Source: the human T2T-CHM13v2.0 reference genome, Homo sapiens. From it: DNA of 64,000 nt. The notes under the pieces were generated by a model. That model did no database searches and was not told where the DNA came from. It worked only from the letters and a program-made list of their open reading frames with translations. The stretch spans positions 21,600,001 to 21,664,000 of the forward strand of contig CP086569.2 of the NCBI GenBank assembly GCA_009914755.4, in the 5' to 3' direction. This document shows, in pieces, positions 54,890-64,000 of the stretch. The position numbers and the translations under genes were made by a program. Within the stretch, counting starts at the first letter, position 1, and each line of letters begins with the position of its first letter.

Positions 54890-56024
54890 GTAAGACTTGC
54901 ACTCTCTTTACTACTTTCTAAGAAGACTCACCCTAAAAAATGTAAAGACCTGCATCCACTGTTGGTGTTTGTCTGTTTGTTCTTGTGTTTTTCCTGTGTT
55001 AAGGTGCACAGAGTGCAGCAAGCTCTGTATTTAGCCTCTGACCAGAAAGAATATTAGATCTAGAGCCTTGCGCCTGCCTCTCAAGGAGGTCTGTGTGAGG
55101 TGCCAGCACTGTCACACAACAAATTAAGTTAAACTCAGCCTTGCAACTTCTGCAGGGCTATACCACTGGTATGTGCTGGATTAAGGTCACTGTCTGCCAT
55201 CTCCTCTGAGACTACATTATATGCCTCATCATTGAACATGTATTTGATGATGAAGATTGATGTAAGGGACTATGAGTGAGTTGCTAATTTGAGAATAAGA
55301 GCATTTACAAGTCACATACTGCTTGTTAGTTTCGTTTACTCATTCAGAATGACCTTGCTCTGAGATCTTTTGAGGGCTTTTCAGTGAAGGAGCACCTCTG
55401 GAGTCACACAGTATCCTCACATGAGAGTCTGTTACCCTGTGACTTAAGGACGGGCAAGCTTTTCATCAAGCAATTCAGCCTTGGGAGTGGTATCTTAACA
55501 CTTGTACCCTGGCAGCTATTTGGTACGTGAGAGATGATATGGTACAGAGGGGAAGCCTGCTGTTGCCTCTTTGGCTGTGTCACTTGGCAGCTCTATAGTT
55601 GGGCCATTTCTCTTCTCAGTGCTGAATTATGACACCTCATTCTGTACCTTTGAAAACAGGTGTATCATATCATCTGGTGTTTCTGAAGGAACTGAAGGAC
55701 TGAGTAGATGCCTGTGAAAGCTCTGTAAAGCTTATGACAGGGAGCTGACAGTTCTCCACTTCAAAATAATGAGAAGCTGAGGTTAATGGCCTTTTTTTTT
55801 TTCTCAGCACTGAGTGCCTTATGGAAAAAGATGTTCATGAAAAGCTTCTTGACTGATTGCTTCACACAAAATAGAAGCAGGAAGACCTGTATTCAGCAGC
55901 TCAGCAGTGGGGAGTGGGAGGAACAGTGAGAGACAGACAACCTCTCAGGAAACATGTATAAGGAAATTTTTATTTTGTTGGGAATTTTGTTTGGTTGTGT
56001 TCTGTTAGCTGCCCCTTAATGTAA

Positions 56025-56255
<231 letters not shown>

Positions 56256-56289
56256 ATTACAGTAGTGGCTTATTTTTTTTCTTTGCACA

Positions 56290-56295
56290 AATAAA
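56290..56295 (+). other. AATAAA polyadenylation signal, 35 nt after the RPS4Y-family stop codon (short 3'UTR).
   Basis: 'cacaaATAAAcaatgaattcttg'. The AATAAA hexamer is the established eukaryotic polyadenylation signal. Confidence 0.7.
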
Positions 56296-57261
56296 CAATG
56301 AATTCTTGTTTCCTAATGTGTATGTTTTTTTCTTTTTCCCTTGTGGATAATGATAGGGTTTGAATTTTGGGCATGGTTTTGGCACCATCTTAAGATCTCT
56401 AGGTACCACCCGTTCTTCCTCTGACCCTCAAGGAAATAAACCTTTTCTTTCCTTCCCTCATACATGTTACCCACATCTTCTCTGTGGTCAGAATGATGGG
56501 AATAACATCAATAAATGAAGTGCAAAAAATGTGATATTTTTGGCTGCCTGAGAAAATGAACATTAGTTGAAATCATAGAAGAAAAATGTGTTTGTGTTAA
56601 TTAGGGAGTTTTTAAATAATTTTTCGTGCCTTACCATGGTTATGCTTTTTCTTTCTACCCCCACTTCCCTCCTCCCCTCTTTTTTCACCTTATAGAATTT
56701 ACCTCACAGTTTTTTAGGTCCAAAGTCTGGCCTCTCTCTCCGAAAGGACTGCATTCTTTTGTGGAAGCTCTGGGGAAGGTGTTAGTTTCCTTCCTCATTA
56801 ACATTATTGGCAGAAATTCAGATCTCTGTGGCTGTAGGGTACTGTCCCTGTTTCCTTGCTGACTGGCAGCTGAGGCCTGTTCTCGGCTTCTGTAGGTCAC
56901 GTGCATTCTTTGCCTAGTGGTCCCATCCCTCAGATACACTAAGCGGTCTTTCTTTGACCCAGTCAGGAACAGTTCTCCACTTTTAAGGGCCCAGCAGGAT
57001 AATCTCTATTTCATGGACTGTCACTTTAATGACATCATATTTATTCCACTTTGTCTTGGCAGTGGACTTGTAAAAGGTAGCATTTACAAGTACTAGACAG
57101 TGGGATGTGGGCATCTTTGATGTTTGTAAAGACTTAGAAACAAAAGAAAAATGGCTGGCGGGCAGTTGAAGCCAACAGTTTAATATTTGGCTACTGTTGA
57201 AAAGCAAATTCTGAATTATGATACATAACTGGAAGTTAAAATAAAGGTTATTTTATATTGC

Positions 57262-57550
57262 AGTGGCTCACATCTGTAATCCCAACACTTTGGGAGAGGG
57301 AGGATCACTTGAGCCCAGAAGTTTAAGGCCATCCTGGGCAATATATTGAGACCCTGTCTCTATAAAAAGTAAAAAGCAAAAAAAATTAGCCAGGTATGGT
57401 GGTGCATGCTTGTAGTGCCAGTTACTTGGAAGGTGGAGGTGGGAAGACTGATTGATAGCTTTCTTCACCCAGGTCTTGGCGGTTACAGTGAGCCCTGATT
57501 CTGCTGCTGCACTCCAGCTTGGGTGACAGAGCAAGACCCTGTGTCTTGCT
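57262..57550 (+). mobile_element. Alu (forward, slightly 5'-truncated).
   Basis: 'gtggctcacatctgtaatcccaacactttgggagagggaggatcacttgagcccagaagtttaaggccatcctgggcaatat...gcactccagcttgggtgacagagcaagaccctgtgtc'. Confidence 0.85.
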
Positions 57551-57933
57551 GGATTCTATAAAAGAATCAGTTACAAAGGGAATAGGAGTCATTACCCTTC
57601 CTCCTTGGAGTCTTAAAGGAGCATATACTTGCCAAGTGTGTATTTTTATGCATCTACAAGCTCAAAAACCTATGGTTATAACAGCTGTTTTGCTGTGAGC
57701 CCTCATTTGGTGCTTGCTTGTTGAGCTCTCTTCCTGTGTATCATACCATCTGGTGTTTCTGAAGGAATTGAAGTGAAATGACCACATGAAAGAAAATGGG
57801 CTCTTTCAGGACACAGGAAGGAAAAACTGAGGAATTTGGTGTAATTTTAAGATCCCGGTTGCAACTGCCAAAATGGGTATGTGTGTGTGTGTTTGTGTCC
57901 ACGTGTGCATGCACCTGTGATAATCAAATTTTG

Positions 57934-58216
57934 TTTTGGTTTTTTTGAGACAGTCTCACTCTGTTGCTGGGGCTGGAGTTCAGTGTTGTGATCTCAGCTC
58001 ACTGCAACCTCTGCCTCCTGGGTTTAAGTGATTCTTATGCCTCTTAGCCTCTTGAGTAGCTGGGACTACAGGCACACACCACCATGCCCAGATAATTTTT
58101 GTAGTTTTGGTGTACAAAAATTGGACAGGCTGGTCTCAAACTCCTGACCTCAAGTGATCGACCCACCTTGACCTCCCAAAGTGCTGAGATTACAGGCATG
58201 AGCCATTCACCCCCAG
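57934..58216 (-). mobile_element. Alu (reverse) with ~16-bp target-site duplications 'tgataatcaaa(a)ttttg' (57918-57933 and 58218-58234).
   Basis: 'ttttggtttttttgagacagtctcactctgttgctggggctggagttcagtgttgtgatctcagctcactgcaac...gctgagattacaggcatgagccattcacccccagc', plus the direct repeats. Confidence 0.85.
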
Positions 58217-60342
58217 CTGATAATCAAAATTTTGACTCTGCAACAAAGATGCTATGCTGGAAAGTGCAACAAAGATACTATACTGGAAAGAAGTGGGATA
58301 GTAATTCTCTGACTACCGTGTTTATTGTTGTATTGTGATACTGTTATTTCAATATCCCTCCATCTCATGACTGACAAATCCAATATTGAACATGTTCAAA
58401 AATGTTTTCTCTTTGTAATCCTTCCTCCCTGAAGTAGGGACATTCCTTACCTCATCATGCTTGAGGACCTTGGGTTATTGTTACCTTATTCCTCACCCTC
58501 ATCTCATCTCCCTCAAATCCTTTCTGTAAGTAGGTGAATTTTAAATCATATGTAAGTAAAACTAAGCCACTAAACCACCTGGCATAAATCTCTTCCATCC
58601 ATTGTCTTCTCTGTTGCAGGATTTTATCCCAGAAATGTTCATCTCTGAGTTTATATTCTCCTCTGTCCACTGCCTATTATTTGAGTTTGTTCTTCCTGTA
58701 TTTCACTAGCTGGCGAGCTCAAAGAGCTACACTGTCAACCCAAAACTTTGTTTCTGAATCTCTTTCAGGTTGCCTTGAGGCTCAAAGGCAGCAAGTCTGA
58801 GCTCTCACAAAATACTGCTCCTCTGTTTGGTATCTTGAACTTTAAGTATGTCTGCACATTTGCCCTAATCTTTGCCCTACACAGGCCCAGTACCTGACAG
58901 CCTCTTTCTGTCTGGTAGAGTTCAAGCCCTCAGGCCTTTGTGCTCAAGCTTTGAAGGTCTGGTTTCCTCCAACACTCTTTCCTACCAAGCGGGGTGGCAG
59001 AGCAGGACTAAGAACTCACGTTCTCTATGTAACTCATAGACAAACTGGTACAAAAGCACACTCATCCACAGCAGGGAAAGAGAACTCAGGCCCAAGACCA
59101 TGCAGCAAGTCCAAATACTTAATCCCAGCCCAAAGAGATGAAAAAAGGAAAAGCAGGAAAAGTGGAAGAACAAAGGAATGAACACCATCAGTGTCAACAA
59201 CCCTTGACCATACACAGAAATCTGTATTCCCAAATTAAACATTACTTTCTCGTGCCTTCATTCTTGAGACATACTTTTTGAGCACCTGTTGTTTGACATG
59301 CATTGAACAGAACAGACAGAAAATACTGAAGCATGAGCTCAGGTGTGGGAAATTGATGATTTAAAGTCAACAAATTAAGTAAGGTTCTGTCAGTGACAAG
59401 TCTATGAAGAAGTAAAATGGGACTGGGATAGAGCCTTTAGATCAGGCACTACACAAAGGCCTTTGAGCAGTGACATTTTTGAGTCAGTAGAGTCGAGTCG
59501 ACAGAGTACACGCAAGTTAATGGCATGTTAACACTTTTCCTCCATAATTAAAGGGGTGGATCCATGCTTTCCATTTGTATTAGTTTGCTAGGGCACAAAA
59601 TGGATAACTTAAAAGACAGAAGTTAGTTGTCTCCTAATCCTGGAGGCCAGAAGTCCAAAACAAGGTGTTGACAGGGCCATACTCCCTCAATGGATAGGAG
59701 GGATCTGTTCTAGGCCTCTCCAAGCTCTGGCAGTTCCTTGACTTGTGGCTGCATAACTAGCCTTCATGTGGCATTTTCCCTGTGTGCTGGGGATATTCTT
59801 AAGTGAAACTTGCTTATATTTATCTTTAGGGGAGCTTTTACGATTGTGGAAATTAGAAATGACTCAAGTGCCGTTTGGTGCTACTGTCTTTATCCATTAG
59901 TGGTAGGAAGCCAGGAGTCTCAACCACCAGTGCCGTTTGAACCTTCAGTGCAAACATTAGCATGGTGGAAAGGGCAGGTTATATTTCTGTGTGAAAATAA
60001 TTGTGACTTTATGTATTCCTGGAAAGGGTCCCCGAGGCTTGATTTTAGGGGTGGCTGTGTTGAAACAGGCATTGCAAATTGCAAACACCTAGAAATTGAC
60101 CATCTTCAGTAGCTCCTTTTCTAGTAAGAAAGTCAACCAAATACCATATGCCTACCAGTGCACGATGTCACATGTGAAGAATTACTGTGTATTTGTGCAT
60201 ATAGTTACATACATGGATATGTTCTGAATACAATCAGGCAGATCTAACAGTATACAAGAAAATCAGGAGAGGTAGTTTAAAGGAAATGATATAGAATAAA
60301 CAAACCACACAAGCAATAAAAAGGAAAGTGCTTCTAAAGCAT

Positions 60343-60462
60343 TGAGCAACATGAAGAGTATCACTGAAGTGGTTTGGAGCAAAGGAAGCTAAACTCAAAA
60401 GATGAGCAACATGAAGAGTATCACCGAAGTGGTTTACAGCAAAGGAAGCTGAACTCAAAAGA
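60343..60462. repeat. 60-bp tandem duplication (2 copies, 4 mismatches).
   Basis: 'tgagcaacatgaagagtatcactgaagtggtttggagcaaaggaagctaaactcaaaaga' / 'tgagcaacatgaagagtatcaccgaagtggtttacagcaaaggaagctgaactcaaaaga'. Confidence 0.95.
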
Positions 60463-61949
60463 GGTTCTAATTTATATGTTGTTCAAAAACATAAAAAACT
60501 TATCTATGGTGCCCAGAGAACAGGAGAGCACTTAACCTTGAGTAGGGATGAGTAACTGAGAATGGACTTTTGGGGTACTGAAAAATTATTCTTCATCTTG
60601 ACTTTTGGGGAGTAAACTCAGTGAATATGTAAAAAGACATCAATTTGTATACCTTAAGTGGTGTTCATTTCCATAAACACATTATGCCACCCTTAAAAAC
60701 AAGGTATTAGTCTGATGAAGTAATGGATGGGGTGGCCACTTTTAAGGGGTAGGATGTATGGAAGGTGGCTTATGACTGTTAATAGGCATGTGGGAACTTT
60801 CTAAAACATCTATTTCCTATGGCATTGGAGTTGTGGTTACTCAGGTGTATTTGTCACAACTGAAATGTGATTTTGAAAGCAAATGAAACTGGGTAACTTG
60901 CACAGAATTGCTGGAACACTTGAGATGCCAGCTAATGCTAACATACTTGGAGTAATGCCAAAAGCATAAAATAAATTAGTCTAATGTAACATTTCTCATT
61001 ATTCTTCCTCCACAATATGCTGGGATCTCTGCCAATACTCTTCAGACATCATATTCAGAACAGCATTTTGGCCACTGCAGGCAACACTGCCAAAATTCTG
61101 GTGCTCTCACCCTCATGGGAAATGAGATTCAATGCTTTATATGGTGCATTTCCCACTTTACTAGCATATTGAAGTCTCAGTTATCACAATGTGTCTGAAA
61201 GCCAGGATTTATATGTCACATGTCTTTGTGCATACAGCACTGGAAGATTGGTATTTAGTCTCTGATAGATATTTTGAAGAGAGTAGGGCTTATGATACTG
61301 CAGTCTCTCAAACCATTCCAATGATGAATAACACATGGCATTTGTTCTCTATATTTTTACTTTAAAAAAATTTGTTTTAATGGACAACAACCTTGTATGT
61401 GTTGTGTACATATAACATGATGTTTTGAAGTACACATACATTGTGGACTCGTTAAATCTGGCTAATAAACAAATGCATTGCCTGACATTGTTACCATTTT
61501 TGTGGTGAGAACCCTTAACATTCAATCTCAGCATTTCTAAGCAATACAATATATTGTCATTAACTATAGTTGTAATGCTGAATAATAGATCTCTTGAACT
61601 GAGTCCTCCTGTCTAACTATAAATATATATTCTTTGACCAACATCTCCTCAACCCCACCTCCCCTAGCACCCCAGGCTCTGGTAACTACTATTATAATCC
61701 ACATTTATGAGATTGATGTTTCTGAATTCTATGTGAGTGGGATCATGCAAAATCCATCCTTCTGTGCTTGGTTTATTTCACTTAAAATGCCCTCCAGATT
61801 TATCCATATTTCATCACAGATGGCAGGGTTTCTCCATTTGTAAGGCTGAAGATGATTCCATTCTGTATATATACTGCATTTTCTCTATCTGTTCTTCCCG
61901 CAATGAACACTTAGGTTGCTTCCTAATATCTTGGATATTGTGAATGGTG

Positions 61950-63213
61950 CTGAAAGAATCATAGGAGTGCAGATATCAGGTTGATAATACTGATTTTCTT
62001 TTCTCCGAATATGTGCCTAACAATATTTCTGATCCTATGGTAGTTCTATTTGTAATTTGTGAAACAGCCTCCATACTGTTTTCCATAATGGCTGTGCTAA
62101 TTTACATTCTCATCAACAATGTGCATGGGTTTTGTTTTCTCCACATCCTCGTGAACACTTGTTAACTTTTGTCTCCTTGATCACAGCAATCGTAACAGGA
62201 GTGAAGTGACACCTCATTGTGGTTTTGATTTGTATTTCTCTGATAGCTAATGATATTGAGTATTTTCATATAGCTGTTGACCATTCCTGGGTCTTTTGAG
62301 AAATGTCTATTCTGGTTCTTTGTCCATTTGTTATTGAGTTAGTTGTTTCCTTTCTGTTGAGTTGTTTGAGTTCCTCATATGTTAGATATTAACTTCTTAT
62401 TCATATGGTGTGCAGATACTTTCTCTTACCCTGTAAGTTTCTCTTCACTCTTTATACTGGTTTTTGTTTTGTTTGTTTTGTTTTTGCTGCACAGAAGCTT
62501 TTTTTGTTTGATGTAATCCCATTTCTCTGTTTTTGTTTCGGTTGCCTGTGACATCATATGAAACAAGTCATTGCCCAGACCAATGTCCTGGAACATTTCC
62601 CCTGTGTTTCGTTATACTTAATAGTAGTTGTGGAAATATCGGGTCTTACACTGAAGTTCCTAATGTATTTTGGTTGGTTTTGTGTGTTGTGAGAAAGCCT
62701 AAGTTCATTCTTCTGCATGTCAATATCTAGTTTTCCTAACACTAATCATTGAAGAGACTGTCTTTTACGCATTGTGGGCTGTTGGCACCTTTGTCAAAAA
62801 TTAGTATGGTTTTTTTTTTGGGACTTTATTCTGTTTCATATGTCAATTCTTTTTTTTTTTTTTTTTAAGTAATGCTGTTCTGGTTACTGTAGCTTTGTAG
62901 TGTATGTTGAAGTCAGGTAATTTGATAACTCCACGTTTGTTTTTTGGCTCAAGATTGACTTGCCAATTCAGGATTGTTTTGTGGTTCCAGATGAATTTTA
63001 GGATTTTTTTTCTCTTCTGTTTTGCCAGACACTTTTTTTTTTGTTTTAATATAGATGGGGATTGCACTGAAATAAATAGCTCTGAGTAGTATTGAAAATT
63101 AACCATATTGATTCTTCTAATCCATGAACAGGCAACAACTTTTTCTTCAGTTTCTGTTATCAGTGTCTTATAGTTTTCAGTATACAGATGATTTCATTTC
63201 CTTGGTGAAACAT
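61950..63213 (-). mobile_element. Old L1 fragment (ORF2/3' region, reverse orientation). It continues past the Alu pair at 63840-64000.
   Basis: '..ggctgtgctaatttacattctcatcaacaatgtgcatgggttttgttttctccacatcctcgtgaacacttgttaac..acctcattgtggttttgatttgtatttctctgatagctaatgatattgagtattttcatatagctgttgaccattcctgggtcttttgagaaatgtctattc..ctgcacagaagctttttttgtttgatgtaatcccatttctc' matches the reverse complement of L1. Confidence 0.75.
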
Positions 63214-63215
63214 AC

Positions 63216-63517
63216 TTTTTTTTTTTTTTTTTTTTTTTGAGATGGAGTCTTGCTGCAGCATCCAGGCTGAAGTGTAATGGCATGATCTCAGCTCACTGCA
63301 ACCCTGCCTCCTGGGTTCAAGTGATTCTCCTGCCTCAGCATCCTGAGTAGCTGAGATTACAGGCATGGGCCATCATGCCCAGCTAATTTTTATATTTTCA
63401 GTAGAAACGGGTTTCACCATGTTGGCCAGGCTGGTCTCAAACTCCTGACCTCAAATTATCTACCTGCCTTGGCCGCCCACAGTGCTGGGATTACAGGTGT
63501 GAGCCACCATGCCCAGC
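63216..63517 (-). mobile_element. Alu (reverse), first of a tandem pair.
   Basis: Poly-T(~28) then 'gagatggagtcttgctgcagcatccaggctgaagtgtaatggcatgatctcagctcactgcaacc...gctgggattacaggtgtgagccaccatgcccagcc'. Confidence 0.9.
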
Positions 63518-63529
63518 CAGTTAAACATA

Positions 63530-63830
63530 CTTTTTTTTTTTTTTTTTTTTTGACATGGAGTCTCACCCTGTCGCCCAGGCTGGAGTGCATTGGTGTGATT
63601 TCTGCTCACTGCAAGCTCTGCTTCCTGGGTTCATGCCATTCTCCTGCCTCAGCCTCCTGAGTAGCTGGGACTATAGGCGCCCATTATGATGCATGAGTAA
63701 TTTTTTTGTATTTTTAGTAGAGACTGGGTTTCACTGTGTTAGCCAGGATGGTCTTGATCTGACTTCGTGATCCACCAGCCTCAGCCTCCCAAAGTGCTGG
63801 TATTTCAGGTGCAAGCCACTGCACCCAGCC
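63530..63830 (-). mobile_element. Alu (reverse), second of the tandem pair.
   Basis: Poly-T(~24) then 'gacatggagtctcaccctgtcgcccaggctggagtgcattggtgtgatttctgctcactgcaagctctgcttcctgggttcatgccattctcctgcc...gtgctggtatttcaggtgcaagccactgcacccagcc'. Confidence 0.9.
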
Positions 63831-64000
63831 TAAACGTACTCTGAAGTATTTAACTTTCTTGTAGGTATTGTAAATGGGCTTTTTTTTTTGTGATTGCTTT
63901 TTCAGATAAATCTCTTTCTGTATAGAAATGCTGTTTTTTTAATGTTGACTTTATTATTTCTCTCTCTCTTTCTTGTCTTTTATTTTTTCTTTCTTTTGAG

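Overview
This is eukaryotic, primate genomic DNA, not prokaryotic. About 35 Alu copies (full, truncated or FLAM-like) lie on both strands, and old L1 fragments, MaLR/THE1-type LTRs and A-tail-derived microsatellites fill most of the non-genic space. Two gene-family members are recognisable by translating the exon-sized conserved islands, both on the + strand and both of the Y-linked 'X-degenerate' type.

(1) 2.5-18.4 kb holds the 3' two-thirds of an unprocessed TBL1X/TBL1Y-family gene, closest to what I recall of TBL1Y. At least nine recognisable exons keep their introns and run from '...[15 protein letters not shown]' through the WD40 repeats. The gene is clearly dead: three in-frame nonsense codons in otherwise perfectly aligned context, at least five frameshifting indels and two destroyed acceptor sites.

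(2) 31.4-56.3 kb holds an apparently intact seven-exon RPS4Y-family ribosomal protein S4 gene. Its first exon is 5'UTR plus ATG only; the ORF is 263 codons with 12/12 canonical GT-AG splice sites, a CpG-rich promoter and an AATAAA signal. The protein carries the RPS4Y-type diagnostic residues plus several radical lineage-specific replacements (R->C, F->C, R->H), as expected for the fast-evolving RPS4Y2 paralog. The paralog assignment is tentative.

The juxtaposition of a TBL1Y pseudogene and an RPS4Y gene within ~13 kb in the same orientation is not the arrangement of TBL1Y and RPS4Y1 on human Yp as I remember it. It may mark a transposed or duplicated Y block such as the RPS4Y2 locus, or a non-human primate Y arrangement.

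Other notable structure: an Alu with perfect 19-bp target-site duplications, a tandem Alu pair sharing a thrice-repeated flank, an Alu whose linker has expanded into a ~115-bp purine tract, tetranucleotide and other tail-derived STRs that would be Y-STR candidates if the segment is Y-linked, and 52-bp and 60-bp tandem duplications.

All coordinates were hand-counted from the sequence and may be off by 1-2 nt.
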